From: an uncultured beta proteobacterium | GTDB taxonomy: Bacteria; Pseudomonadota; Gammaproteobacteria; Burkholderiales; Gallionellaceae | DNA: 64,000 nt | Direction: 5' to 3' | NCBI GenBank assembly: GCA_963740305.1 | Contig: CAVUDR010000001.1 | Location: 298,642 to 362,641, forward strand | Shown: piece after piece, positions 29,355-39,560 of the stretch | How positions within the stretch are numbered: the first letter of the stretch is position 1 | Layout of the letters: each line of letters starts with the position of its first letter | Position numbers and translations under genes: made by a program | Notes under the pieces: model-generated | Told to the model about the DNA's origin: nothing | What the model saw: the letters and a program-made list of their open reading frames with translations, nothing else | Database searches by the model: none

Positions 29355-32264
29355 ATGAAGAACATCGTCAAACTCATTTTGTTGTTGTCGTCATTGATGT
29401 TCGCAGCAGATGCGATGGCGGTGACCTGTACCAGCATTAAAAATAATAAGGACTGGAATAGTAGGAGTGCTTGGATGGGGTGCAATAATGGTCAGCCGCC
29501 AGTGGGCAGCTCGGTCATCATCTCCAGCGGTAACACGATCAAGGTGGATGCCAATACACTGAACGTCGCAAACATCACCATCAATTCAGGCGGGACATTG
29601 CAAGGCCAAGGCGGCAATACGATCTTCTTCTCTGGTAATTTCATCAACAATGGTACGTTCACCGCAAGCAGTGGCACGGTTTCACTGACTGGTACGAATC
29701 AAACCATCGGTGGCACTAGTCCTACGACATTCTTTAACTTAACCGTTGGTACGCAAACAGCACTCACGCTGACAGGCAACATCACAATAACTGGCACGAC
29801 TAATTTGACTACGGCTAATATCGTATCAACTTGCCCGACGAGCTACACCATCACCAATGCTGCAGGCACGGTATTGCAAAATAGCTGCCCAACTGGCGGT
29901 GGCGGCGGTGTGTCTTCTGCGACTAGCGCGCCCGGCACATGCGCTTCTACCCGATGGACTGGCGGCAACTCACCTTGGAATTTGAATCCAACGGATGTCA
30001 GCGCATCTGATACCAAGTATGCAATAGCTCAACCCAATGGCACGAGTGATTTGCTGACCTGCTCACAATATGGCTTCAATATCCCAGCGAACGCGACCAT
30101 CTTGGGTGTGACAGTGAATGTGCAGCGCAAATCATCTAGCAATAGTAGAACAACGGATGGCGCGATGCGTTTGGTTAAGGCTGGTGTTGTCGGCACGATA
30201 GATCGCTCGACTGCTACTGTATACACCACAGTCGATGTAACAGAGGCTCACGGTTCGGCTACCGATATGTGGGGTGTAGCACTGACACCAGCGGATATCA
30301 ATGCAGTAAATTTTGGTGCTGCATTTGCTGTCAAGACAACCAAAACCAGAACAGTATCGGTCAATTACATGCCGATCACTGTGACCTACAGCGTTCCATC
30401 AAACGTTCCTCACCATATTCAAATTGAGCATGATGGCGCTGGTCTGACCTGCGCGGCAGAGCAAATCACGATTCGCGCTTGTGCAGACGCAGCCTGTAGC
30501 GCAAATCTTACTGGTGCAGCAGTATCGGGCAGGTTGGCGTGGGGCGGCAACAACATTCCGTTCAACATTCAAGGTGGCGGTACTGGACAGGTTGTCGTGA
30601 GCTTGCCCGTCACAACCGCTCAAACAGTGACGCTCAGTGCTAATAGCATTACTCCAACACCAACGACGACAACTACCTGCAAAAATACTGCTGGCGGCAC
30701 TTCTTGCAGTCTGACCTTTACTCAATCCAGTCTGTGCATGGATGCGGCTGAGCGTGGCGGAGTAGTTGGTTCTGGACTTTTCACTAAACTGGCTGGTGTG
30801 CCTTTTTCATTGGACGTACTGACCTCTTCAGGCACTAATTACACAAACGCTAATGTCACTGTTGAGCTTGTTGATGCCGCATCTGGAACGAGCTGCGCAA
30901 ATCGAACTAGCCTAGCATCACAAGTAGTCAGTTTCCAGAACGTCAAGTTCAAGACTGTAAATTTCCAATATGCAGGCGCGGTGCGACAAGCAAAGGTTCG
31001 CATTACGGGAGCGGGGTCATCTAGCTGCTCCACGGATAAGTTTACGATTCGCCCAGCCACACTATCAGTAAGCTCTAATCAGAATGCAGATCCTACGGGT
31101 ACGAGTGCCAGCGCTACGCCGATAATCGCTGCTGGTGCGAACTTCAACATGACTGCAACGGCCATTGCAGGGTATGACGGTACACCCACCGTTGATACCG
31201 CCAAATTGGTTGCGCATGCTGGCGCTGTATCAAATGGCCTGTTTGCAGGTACGTTCTCGCCAGCCAATGTAGCTACTGGCGTATCCAGTGGTAATGCTTT
31301 CTCCTATGATGAAGTTGGGTACTTCAAGTTTAATGCTGATGGTGTAGTAGATGCGACGTTTGCTGATGTGGATGCCCTTCAAGGTGATTGCACACCAAAT
31401 ACCTCTAACGTATTAGTGGGTGGCAAGTACGGTTGTCTAATTGGTAGTGCGGCGACACCGTTCTTCGGTCGTTTCGTGCCAGATCATTTTGATACGGTTG
31501 CGACGAATGAGTGCACTATCTTCACCTACTCAGGGCAGCCATTCTTAGTCGAGGTGCAGGCAAAAGATGCCTCCGGTTCAACAGTATTGCAGAACTACGA
31601 GTCCACATACGCTAAGACCGTTGCGCTTAGTGAGTCGATGAACCCAGCAAGTGTCGGTTCGATTGCGCCTACATTGGTTGGCAGCTTCACGGCGGGTATG
31701 GCTACTGCCAATCCTGCATACACCCTTACTTCTATCAAGACAGCCCCGATAACCATCAGGATGACTGCCGCAGAAATGGCAAGTGGTGATGGCGTCAGTT
31801 CGGCAATCTCTAAGAGTGTATTGCCAGCCGCATTTTTTGCTTCGGAAGGTAGTGTAGATATCCGCAGTGGCAGACTGTGGCTAGGCAATACTTATGGTTC
31901 AGAGTTGTTAGACTTGCCTGTGCCGATGTTCGCACAATATTGGGATGGCAGCACTTATGTGACCAACGTGGATGACGATGTTGCTGCAACCTGTACTGCT
32001 GTACCTACGCCTACGCTGGTTTTGCAGCCAGGTGGAACTGCAGTCACTGCGACCATGAATAACATGCTCATCGCAGGGGATGGTGGCTTGGTGTTAACAC
32101 GTCCCAACGTCCCCGGTTTCGTCAATGTGACCATTGCTGCGCCTATATGGTTACGCTATGACTGGAGCGGAACGGGTGTGTTGGCCGATCCGACAGCGCG
32201 TGCGACCTTTGGTGTTTACAAAGGTAAGGATGTCTATATCTATCGTGGTCGACGCGGACGATAG
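29355..32264 (+). CDS. mshQ: MshQ-like pilus tip adhesin (DUF6701-like C-terminus)
   Basis: Signal peptide; Thr/Gly/Ser-rich; HHIQIEHDG..LTC, YDEVG, GRFVPDHF, FTYSGQPF, GRLWLGNTYGSE, WLRYDW, ARATFGVY. Confidence 0.8.
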   Translation: MKNIVKLILLLSSLMFAADAMAVTCTSIKNNKDWNSRSAWMGCNNGQPPVGSSVIISSGNTIKVDANTLNVANITINSGGTLQGQGGNTIFFSGNFINNGTFTASSGTVSLTGTNQTIGGTSPTTFFNLTVGTQTALTLTGNITITGTTNLTTANIVSTCPTSYTITNAAGTVLQNSCPTGGGGGVSSATSAPGTCASTRWTGGNSPWNLNPTDVSASDTKYAIAQPNGTSDLLTCSQYGFNIPANATILGVTVNVQRKSSSNSRTTDGAMRLVKAGVVGTIDRSTATVYTTVDVTEAHGSATDMWGVALTPADINAVNFGAAFAVKTTKTRTVSVNYMPITVTYSVPSNVPHHIQIEHDGAGLTCAAEQITIRACADAACSANLTGAAVSGRLAWGGNNIPFNIQGGGTGQVVVSLPVTTAQTVTLSANSITPTPTTTTTCKNTAGGTSCSLTFTQSSLCMDAAERGGVVGSGLFTKLAGVPFSLDVLTSSGTNYTNANVTVELVDAASGTSCANRTSLASQVVSFQNVKFKTVNFQYAGAVRQAKVRITGAGSSSCSTDKFTIRPATLSVSSNQNADPTGTSASATPIIAAGANFNMTATAIAGYDGTPTVDTAKLVAHAGAVSNGLFAGTFSPANVATGVSSGNAFSYDEVGYFKFNADGVVDATFADVDALQGDCTPNTSNVLVGGKYGCLIGSAATPFFGRFVPDHFDTVATNECTIFTYSGQPFLVEVQAKDASGSTVLQNYESTYAKTVALSESMNPASVGSIAPTLVGSFTAGMATANPAYTLTSIKTAPITIRMTAAEMASGDGVSSAISKSVLPAAFFASEGSVDIRSGRLWLGNTYGSELLDLPVPMFAQYWDGSTYVTNVDDDVAATCTAVPTPTLVLQPGGTAVTATMNNMLIAGDGGLVLTRPNVPGFVNVTIAAPIWLRYDWSGTGVLADPTARATFGVYKGKDVYIYRGRRGR

Positions 32265-32271
32265 GAATAAA

Positions 32272-32314
32272 TTCATATAAATCAATTGACAACAAATGAT
32301 TGCTAAAGTAAGTT
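32272..32314 (+). promoter_or_regulatory. Putative internal sigma70 promoter for mshI-N with an adjacent FNR-like box
   Basis: TTCAT-ATAA-ATCAA (32272-32285), then TTGACA (32286)-N17-TAAGTT (32309). Confidence 0.45.
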
Positions 32315-32321
32315 CCAGAGC

Positions 32322-33275
32322 ATGATACAGATGCCATCCATTTCCAGACTGTTGGGCGCAAAAGCTCAGGGCGATGGATGGTTTGCGTGCGATTTTGTCT
32401 CTAACGGAGCATATACAGCGCAAGTCGATTTTTTGGGCGCTAGACCTAAAGTGATGCGTTGTGCATTCCATCTTGCAGATGCGATGAGCGGTGAAGTGTT
32501 GGAGCGTTTGTCGCGCGATGCTGATTTTCCTAAGAAGAAAGTTACAACACTCCTGAGCTTCGGTGAATATCAGATGCTGATGGTGGAAGCGCCGGTGGTG
32601 CCTGCCGATGAACTCAAGACGGCAATACGATGGAAGATTAAAGATGCACTGAGTTTCCATGTGGAAGATGCCACGATAGACGTCTTGCAGATTCCCAAAC
32701 AGGGTGCGGAAAGGATGACGTATCTTTTTGCCATCGCAGCCGAGAATAGCGTCATACAGCAGAAGATTGCGATGTTTGAGCGTGCCAAGCTCGATTTAAA
32801 TGTTATCGATATACGTGAAACCGCGCAGCGCAATATCGCCACACTCTATGAGCAAAATGAGCGTGCAGTCGTTTTGCTGGTATTCGATGAAAAGGGCGGC
32901 TTAATGACCTTCTCATCAGGTGGAGAGCTGTATATGTCTCGCCGCATAGAGATCGGGGCCGATCAATTGCGCGAAGTCGACGAAGAGTTATTGTCACAGG
33001 CCATGAACCGTATCGAACTGGAGTTGCAGCGATCGCTGGATTATTTTGATCGCCAATATAACCATATACCCATTAGTCGGCTCTTAGTGAGTGCGCCATC
33101 AGTTTCGGGGCTCATCAGTTTCTTGAGCAGCACGATGGATATTAAGGTCGAACAACTTGATCTGTCGCAAGTCATGGATACAAGTGCGGTCGCGGAGTTA
33201 AGCAATCAGGACTTTCTGATGAATGCGATACCAGTGATAGGCGCCGCATTGAGACAGGAAAGACGTGCGCTATGA
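32322..33275 (+). CDS. mshI: MSHA biogenesis protein MshI (PilM-like part)
   Basis: YQMLMVEAPVVP..EL..AIRWKIKD, IDIRETAQRN, LELQRSLDYFDRQ. Confidence 0.82.
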   Translation: MIQMPSISRLLGAKAQGDGWFACDFVSNGAYTAQVDFLGARPKVMRCAFHLADAMSGEVLERLSRDADFPKKKVTTLLSFGEYQMLMVEAPVVPADELKTAIRWKIKDALSFHVEDATIDVLQIPKQGAERMTYLFAIAAENSVIQQKIAMFERAKLDLNVIDIRETAQRNIATLYEQNERAVVLLVFDEKGGLMTFSSGGELYMSRRIEIGADQLREVDEELLSQAMNRIELELQRSLDYFDRQYNHIPISRLLVSAPSVSGLISFLSSTMDIKVEQLDLSQVMDTSAVAELSNQDFLMNAIPVIGAALRQERRAL

Positions 33276-33913
33276 GCCAGCAAGTCAATCTATTCAACCC
33301 CATTTTCATGAAGCAAAGAAAATATTTTTCTTTGCTTACCATGTTGCAATCCTTAGCGTTGATTGTCTTAGGTTCCTTCTTGTTCTATGGTTATGCACGC
33401 TATCAAGTGAGCACCTTAGAGCAACAAGCGATCAAAAATAATGAGCGTTATATGGCTGACAGGGTGCGTGTAGAGAAATTTCGCAGTGAATTTTCTCCAG
33501 AGCAAACTAACCGTGCATTGCAGGACGAGATTCAACTGTTGGAAAAAAAATTTACTGAGCAGAGCGTTTTGGTCAGCACATTACAGACCGGTGTAATTGG
33601 CAACACCATGGGCTACTCCCAATATATGAAGGCATTCTCTCGGCAGGTCGTGCCCGGCTTGTGGTTAACAGGCTTCGAGCTGACGGGTGATGGTGCACAG
33701 ATCAATCTGCAAGGCGCGGTCGTTGACGGGAAGCTGTTGCCTAACTTCATCAGTCGATTGAGTCATGAGAAGAGTATGCAGGGTAAGACCTTTGCGACCT
33801 TGGAAATGGAGCAAGTCAAGAGTCTAGCGAGCAAAGATGGCAAGATAGCGCCTATGCCCCGCTATGTGTCGTTCAGTTTACAGTCCAGCAAAGCCAGCGA
33901 GGCGACAAAATGA
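33272..33913 (+). CDS. MSHA biogenesis PilN-like protein (MshI C-terminal part)
   Basis: QQVNLF start, single TM, coiled coil, GLWLTGF. Confidence 0.78.
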   Translation: MSQQVNLFNPIFMKQRKYFSLLTMLQSLALIVLGSFLFYGYARYQVSTLEQQAIKNNERYMADRVRVEKFRSEFSPEQTNRALQDEIQLLEKKFTEQSVLVSTLQTGVIGNTMGYSQYMKAFSRQVVPGLWLTGFELTGDGAQINLQGAVVDGKLLPNFISRLSHEKSMQGKTFATLEMEQVKSLASKDGKIAPMPRYVSFSLQSSKASEATK

Positions 33914-34587
33914 AGTCCTACTGGAAACTGATCAGCAGCAAAGTAGATGACCTATCGATACGTGAGCGCATGATGATGTTCGTAGCGGCGGGTTTCGTTG
34001 TGATCTCGGTCATCAATGCGTTGTTACTCGATCCATTGACCTTGCGTCAAAAATCCTTGTCCTTGCAAATCGAGCAACAACAAGAAAAAAATAAAGAGTT
34101 ACAGGCCGAATTGCAAGCTTTGCTGGTTGCTAAGCAAAGTGATGCGACCTCACCGCTTAGATTACGTATTGCTGAACTGAAAGTTTTGCTGGGAAATCAG
34201 GAGGACTATCTCAAAGGTCGTCGCGACCGCTTGGTAGAGCCTGAGAAAATGGCTCATCTATTGGAACAGGTGCTGAGTAAGAATTCACATCTGCAGCTAG
34301 TTTCGTTAAAGACTTTACCTGTGAGTCTGTTGATTGATAAGCCCAGTGCTCAGGAGGGTGTCCAAGAGAGTGCGGATGCTCAGGCCAAGCAGATATACAA
34401 GCATGGTGTGCAGATCAGTGTGCGCGGCACTTATTTAGATCTGTTGAATTACGTTTCTGCGTTGGAACGTATGCCTACCCAGATGTTTTGGGCGGAAGCA
34501 GATTTGGTCGTGGAGCAACATCCAGATTCAGTACTGACATTGGTACTTTATACCTTGAGTTTAGATAAGACATGGCTGACCGTATGA
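33910..34587 (+). CDS. mshJ: MSHA biogenesis protein MshJ (GspM/PilO-like)
   Basis: LSIRER plus TM, YKHGVQI..RGTYLDLLNYV..LE, YTLSLDKTWL. Confidence 0.82.
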   Translation: MKSYWKLISSKVDDLSIRERMMMFVAAGFVVISVINALLLDPLTLRQKSLSLQIEQQQEKNKELQAELQALLVAKQSDATSPLRLRIAELKVLLGNQEDYLKGRRDRLVEPEKMAHLLEQVLSKNSHLQLVSLKTLPVSLLIDKPSAQEGVQESADAQAKQIYKHGVQISVRGTYLDLLNYVSALERMPTQMFWAEADLVVEQHPDSVLTLVLYTLSLDKTWLTV

Positions 34588-34994
34588 TCAAATTCGCAGG
34601 TTTACTGCTGCTGTTAGTTGTGCAGCTAAATTCTGCAGAGATGTTGAATGACCCGACCCGCCCTGCGGCTACGTTGGAGGTAGGTGAAGCTGTCGGGAAC
34701 GCCACGCAAGAAGAGGTCAGTCAGACTCAGGGTTTGCACCTCATCATCATCAAGAAGAATAGACGCGCAGCCATCATAGATGGCCAAACTGTGGAATTGG
34801 GAGGCAACGTTGGCGATGCGCGCTTGGTCGAAGTGCATGAGGATGGCGTGGTGCTACAAGGTGCAAGTGGTCGCAGGGAGATGAAGCTCTACCCTAGCGT
34901 GTCGATCAAGCGTACTGACAAGGTAGTAACATCGCGAGACGGGCCAGCGCCTGCAAGTGCACAGCCCGGAATCACGAATAAGGAGAAAAAATGA
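34584..34994 (+). CDS. mshK: MSHA biogenesis protein MshK
   Basis: Signal peptide, LNDPTRP, AIIDGQ. Confidence 0.78.
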   Translation: MIKFAGLLLLLVVQLNSAEMLNDPTRPAATLEVGEAVGNATQEEVSQTQGLHLIIIKKNRRAAIIDGQTVELGGNVGDARLVEVHEDGVVLQGASGRREMKLYPSVSIKRTDKVVTSRDGPAPASAQPGITNKEKK

Positions 34995-36772
34995 GACACT
35001 CGTTATGGCTGATCGCCATACTGACACTGCTTTCGGGCTGTGCGACACCCGCACAACGCAATGTTGCGGGTGAATCGATAGAAAGCACGATGAATCAGGC
35101 GGTAGAGCAAAGCGCCCAACCCAGTAAATCTGATGCAGTCAGTGCCGCGCTACTCCCCTCAATTTCCATGGATATGCCCAAAGTAGATAGCAAGTCTTTG
35201 GAAAGCCGTTTCGATCTGTCTGTCGTCAATACACCAGCCACTCAAGTTTTTATGGCCATCGTATCGGGTACACGCTACAGCATGTTGTTGCACCCAGATG
35301 TGAGTGGCAGCATCACGCTCAATTTGAAAGATGTCACAGTCTTTGAGGCGCTAGAAGCGGTGCGCGAACTCTATGGTTACAACTACAAGGTCGATGGGAG
35401 CCGCATCTATATTCAGTCAGCAGACTTACAGACTAGGATTTTTCAAGTTAATTACCTGACTGGATTGCGTGCGGGTACTTCATCCTTGCGCGTGACCTCA
35501 GGCTCGGTGTCGGATACGGCTACAGGCAGTAGCACGACGGGACAGTTGCCGACTTCTGTTAATCGTATCGAATTCGCCAAGAATAAATCCTCTGGGCAAG
35601 TCACTTCAGCCAGTATCAATAATGAAAGTGGCAAGGATGGCAGCAAGGTCATGACAGTGACCAGCACAGATTTTTGGGGGGAACTGGATACCGCGCTCCG
35701 CACCATCGTAGGTGAAGAGAAAGGTCGTAGCGTGGTCATCAGTCCGACTTCAGGTGTGATCGTGATACGTGCGATGCCGGATGAGCTTAATAGTGTGGCC
35801 GCCTATCTTAAAGCGGCGCAAATCTCTGTTGAGCGTCAGGTGATACTTGAAGCGAAGATCGTCGAGGTGCAGTTGAGCGATGGATATCAATCGGGTGTGA
35901 ACTGGGGGGTGTTCAAGTCAGGTCAAAACAGTGGATTGAGTGCTGGACAACTGGCTGCCACAGCAAACGCAGGTGGTGTGCTTGCGCCAGGCGTGACAGG
36001 TGCGGCAGGTGGCAAGATCACACCTAATTTGCTAGGGGCGGGCGGAGCGTTCTCATCTATACCGGGTGCGGATATGGCCAATACTGCTGTTCCAGGACAA
36101 GTGCCGGGTTCCTTGTTTGGCCTAGCATTCCAGACCAGTAATTTTGCAGCCTTGCTGAATTTCTTGGAATCTCAGGGCAATGTGCATGTGCTATCCAGCC
36201 CTCGTATCGCAACTTTGAACAACCAGAAAGCTGTTCTTAAAGTAGGTACGGATGAGTTCTTCGTGACCGAGATTTCAGGTGGGACTCAGGGAACAGCTAA
36301 CGTGGCGGGTACTGCACCCACGGTCAAGGTGCAGCCATTCTTCTCTGGTATCGCACTGGATGTGACACCACGTATCGATCAGAACGGCGAGATCATCTTG
36401 CATGTACATCCCTCTGTGAGCACTGTCACGACGGTCAATAAGTCACTGAATCTTGGTACAGCCAACGGTACATACAATCTGCCACTGGCTTCAAGTTCTA
36501 TATCGGAAACCGATAGCATCGTGCGTTCGCGTGATGGCCAGATTGTTGCGATAGGCGGGTTGATGCGCCAAGCGACTTACGACGATAACTCTGGTTTACC
36601 CGGCCTGCCCAAAAGTGTGTTTGGTCAAACCAACCAACGTACTGAAAAACGTGAGTTGGTCATCTTGCTGAAGACAACTATCGTCGACAGTGACAAGGAT
36701 TGGTCTGAAGATATCGCACGCAGTCGTGATCGGGTTCATGATCTCTACTCATCGCAGCACAAGCAGCAATAG
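34991..36772 (+). CDS. mshL: MSHA secretin (lipoprotein)
   Basis: LSGC lipobox, QTRIFQVNYL, QVILEAKIVEVQL, LSSPRI..LNNQKAVLKVGTDEFFVT, PFFSGIALDVTP. Confidence 0.92.
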   Translation: MRHSLWLIAILTLLSGCATPAQRNVAGESIESTMNQAVEQSAQPSKSDAVSAALLPSISMDMPKVDSKSLESRFDLSVVNTPATQVFMAIVSGTRYSMLLHPDVSGSITLNLKDVTVFEALEAVRELYGYNYKVDGSRIYIQSADLQTRIFQVNYLTGLRAGTSSLRVTSGSVSDTATGSSTTGQLPTSVNRIEFAKNKSSGQVTSASINNESGKDGSKVMTVTSTDFWGELDTALRTIVGEEKGRSVVISPTSGVIVIRAMPDELNSVAAYLKAAQISVERQVILEAKIVEVQLSDGYQSGVNWGVFKSGQNSGLSAGQLAATANAGGVLAPGVTGAAGGKITPNLLGAGGAFSSIPGADMANTAVPGQVPGSLFGLAFQTSNFAALLNFLESQGNVHVLSSPRIATLNNQKAVLKVGTDEFFVTEISGGTQGTANVAGTAPTVKVQPFFSGIALDVTPRIDQNGEIILHVHPSVSTVTTVNKSLNLGTANGTYNLPLASSSISETDSIVRSRDGQIVAIGGLMRQATYDDNSGLPGLPKSVFGQTNQRTEKRELVILLKTTIVDSDKDWSEDIARSRDRVHDLYSSQHKQQ

Positions 36773-36773
36773 T

Positions 36774-37715
36774 ATGTATCTGAAGCATTTTGGCTTGCAT
36801 GAACAGCCGTTCGGACTGACACCTGATACTAGTTTTTTTTACGCCTGCTCTAGCTATCAAGAGGCGCTTAATACGTTGTTGATCGCCGCACGGAACGGCG
36901 AGGGTTTCATCAAGATCACGGGCGAGGTGGGTAACGGCAAGACACTCCTGTGTCGAAAGTTCCTCGCGGCGCTGAATCCCGCACGCACACCTGTTACGCA
37001 AGGCACAGAGAATGCCGTAGCGAAATCAGATCAGCGCTTCATGATTGCCTATATCCCTAACCCCTATTTAGAGCCTCGTAGTTTGCTGATGGCGATGGCC
37101 GAACAGTTCGGTGTCAATGTCACCAACCTAAGCGATCAGCACCAGCTGCTTAAGGCACTCACCCTTAGCTTGTTGGAGTGCGCCCGCAAAGGACAACGCG
37201 CGATCGTTTGTTTGGATGAAGCACAAGCTATGCCTCTCCCGAGTTTAGAGGTGTTGAGGCTGTTGACGAATTTGGAGACTGAGAAACGTAAATTGCTGCA
37301 AGTAGTCTTATTCGGTCAACCCGAGTTAGATGAACACCTGCGCCAGCATGCGATACGTCAGTTGCGCCAACGCATCACTTTCCAGCATCAGTTGATGGGT
37401 TTGCAACAGGATGAGTTAGATCGCTATTTACGCCATCGCCTTAAAGTGGCTGGATATGCTGGCGAGACTCTGTTCAGCAAGGCGGCAGTGTCGAAATTAC
37501 AACGCATCAGCAAGGGAACGCCACGAATCATAAACATACTTGCCCACAAGGCGATGATGTTGGCCTATGGCGAAGGGCGTCAGCAAGTGGCTTATAAGCA
37601 CATAACACTCGCCGCCAAAGATACTCCCGAAGCCGGGCGAGACTGGTTGCTATGGGGAGCAGGAATTGCAATTGCTGTTTTGCTTGTTTCGCTCGCAGGG
37701 ATGAGGTTGCTATGA
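36774..37715 (+). CDS. mshM: ExeA-like AAA ATPase MshM
   Basis: MYLKHFGL..PF.LTPDT, GEVGNGKT, DEAQ, LFGQPEL, RQLRQRI, GTPRIIN. Confidence 0.88.
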   Translation: MYLKHFGLHEQPFGLTPDTSFFYACSSYQEALNTLLIAARNGEGFIKITGEVGNGKTLLCRKFLAALNPARTPVTQGTENAVAKSDQRFMIAYIPNPYLEPRSLLMAMAEQFGVNVTNLSDQHQLLKALTLSLLECARKGQRAIVCLDEAQAMPLPSLEVLRLLTNLETEKRKLLQVVLFGQPELDEHLRQHAIRQLRQRITFQHQLMGLQQDELDRYLRHRLKVAGYAGETLFSKAAVSKLQRISKGTPRIINILAHKAMMLAYGEGRQQVAYKHITLAAKDTPEAGRDWLLWGAGIAIAVLLVSLAGMRLL

Positions 37716-38767
37716 GCTTGATCAATCAGATGGTGAATCAGATGGAGCAGCGCGGTGCGCAATTTGATACGGAAGACTATTTAGTCCGTTCGGTGCGAAC
37801 CTCAAGAAGGTCATCTAAGTTGGGCTGGTGGCTGTTGGCGTTAGCATTGATTGCGGCGATATCAGGGTGGGCCTATGTTAGATATACAAGCAGGGCAGTA
37901 GTGCCTGTATCCCAATTAGTAGCATCGACAGGAATCAAGCGACAAAGCCAGCCAGAAGTGTCTGTAGCGATATCAGATGCTAGCAGTGCTGTGGTGATGG
38001 CACCGGTATTTCAGTTAAGTTTGGATCTGAGCGAGCCTATTTCGAAAGTGGTAACTGAGACTATCCAAACTGTCGTACCAGAAAAGCTGCCGCAACAAGC
38101 GGTAGTACCTGAGCGGCAAGCTAAGGTCGCTAAGGCTGGTAATTTGGCACCTCCCTCGCCGCCACTGGCAAGCGACGGAATACCTGAAAAAAAGATCAGC
38201 ACACAGCAAAGGGCTGATGCAGAGTTCCGCAAGGGCATAGCCCATATGCAGCAGGGGCGTAGCTCTGAGGCTTTGCAGGAATACAAAACTGCACTCGAAC
38301 TGGATGCAGCTCACGACAAAGCACGGCAAGCCTTGGTTCTGTTGTTAATAGAAAGTAAGCGCAACGCAGAAGCCGAACATGTCCTGTTAGAGGGGATTAA
38401 AACCAATCCTGAAAAGCTGGGCTTTGTGATGATGGCGGCTAGGCTGCAAGTGGAGCGGGGTGCGACCAATGAAGCTGTGCAGACTTTGGAGTCATCCCTC
38501 CATTACGCATCTACGCATGCTGAGTATCAGGCCTTCCTAGCTGCATTGATGCAACGACAACAGCGCCATCAAGAGGCGGTCACACGTTATCAGACAGCGC
38601 TAGCACTGAAACCAGACAATGGACTTTGGTGGATGGGAGAAGCGATCTCATTGCAGGCGCTGCAACAAAACAAGGATGCTAAGTTGGCCTATCAACATGC
38701 ACTCGATTCAAAGAATCTCGGCCCTGATCTGGAGCAATACGTGCAGCAAAGACTCAAAGAGCTGTAA
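37712..38767 (+). CDS. mshN: TPR protein MshN
   Basis: MSLINQM start, TM, Pro-rich linker, C-terminal TPRs with WWMGEAISL. Confidence 0.8.
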   Translation: MSLINQMVNQMEQRGAQFDTEDYLVRSVRTSRRSSKLGWWLLALALIAAISGWAYVRYTSRAVVPVSQLVASTGIKRQSQPEVSVAISDASSAVVMAPVFQLSLDLSEPISKVVTETIQTVVPEKLPQQAVVPERQAKVAKAGNLAPPSPPLASDGIPEKKISTQQRADAEFRKGIAHMQQGRSSEALQEYKTALELDAAHDKARQALVLLLIESKRNAEAEHVLLEGIKTNPEKLGFVMMAARLQVERGATNEAVQTLESSLHYASTHAEYQAFLAALMQRQQRHQEAVTRYQTALALKPDNGLWWMGEAISLQALQQNKDAKLAYQHALDSKNLGPDLEQYVQQRLKEL

Positions 38768-38784
38768 CGATTGTCGGCTTAGTC

Positions 38785-39501
38785 TCATCCGTGCCGTATC
38801 GTTCTGGCTACTACCCATGTCTCTACCTTTTCTGCTCCCCGCTTAGTGACAGCCTTGGCGAGTGCGTTCAGGCTGGCTCCGCTGGTGAATACATCGTCCA
38901 CCAATACCACTTTGCGACCTTTTAGTGAGACATCGCAGAGAAATGCATCGCGCATATTCTTAACTCGCGCTTTGTACGGCAGAGAGGATTGCGAGGCAGT
39001 ATCACGTACACGCTTACATACATTCGGAAGTAACGCTATATCCAATCGTTTGGACAAACTTCGCGCCAGCAGCAATGCTTGGTTATAGCCGCGCTGCTTG
39101 AGCTTATTGGGATGCAAGGGCATAGGAATGATGCAATCGGGCAATTCGTCATTAGGGATTCGTAGCATTAGCTTAGCGGCGAAGGCGTCTGCCAAAGCAA
39201 GCTGCTCAGTATATTTGAGTTGCTGTATCAGTTTGTTGATGGGGAAGGTGTAAGCGTAAAGTGCTGTGGTGCGATCGAATCTAGGTGGATTACTTAGGCA
39301 GTGGCCGCAGATATCGCCACTAGGCAAAAGCAGCGCGCAATGCCTGCACGAAGGGCCACGCAAATATGGGAGCGAACGCTCGCAGTCCGCACACCACAAG
39401 CCTGCATCGCTCATGGTGCCGCATAAGATGCAAGGCTGCGCTGGGATGAGGTGCTTAAATAATAAGCTGACGTTCAATTTAATCGATACTAAAATTGACA
39501 A
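38785..39501 (-). CDS. comF: ComF family protein (double zinc ribbon plus PRTase)
   Basis: Four CxxC, PMPLH...[17 protein letters not shown]. Confidence 0.9.
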   Translation of the reverse strand: MSILVSIKLNVSLLFKHLIPAQPCILCGTMSDAGLWCADCERSLPYLRGPSCRHCALLLPSGDICGHCLSNPPRFDRTTALYAYTFPINKLIQQLKYTEQLALADAFAAKLMLRIPNDELPDCIIPMPLHPNKLKQRGYNQALLLARSLSKRLDIALLPNVCKRVRDTASQSSLPYKARVKNMRDAFLCDVSLKGRKVVLVDDVFTSGASLNALAKAVTKRGAEKVETWVVARTIRHG

Positions 39502-39560
39502 GGTCTCGTCCTTTCAAGGATGATGCCGCGTTGTTTCAATCATATCGGGTAGCCCACTTC

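Noticed and set aside
29355-32264. Cys-rich MshQ as a multiheme cytochrome
   Set aside because: No CxxCH motif seen; the cysteines look like disulfide pairs
39472-39500. BirA operator between comF and bioB (TCAATTT...AAATTGA)
   Set aside because: Poor match to TGTAAACC-N14/15-GGTTTACA; it overlaps the probable comF start and is more simply a TTGACA -35 box
38785-39501. comF as part of the MSHA locus (DNA-uptake pilus)
   Set aside because: It is convergent with mshN and in its usual position divergent from bioB; adjacency alone is not evidence
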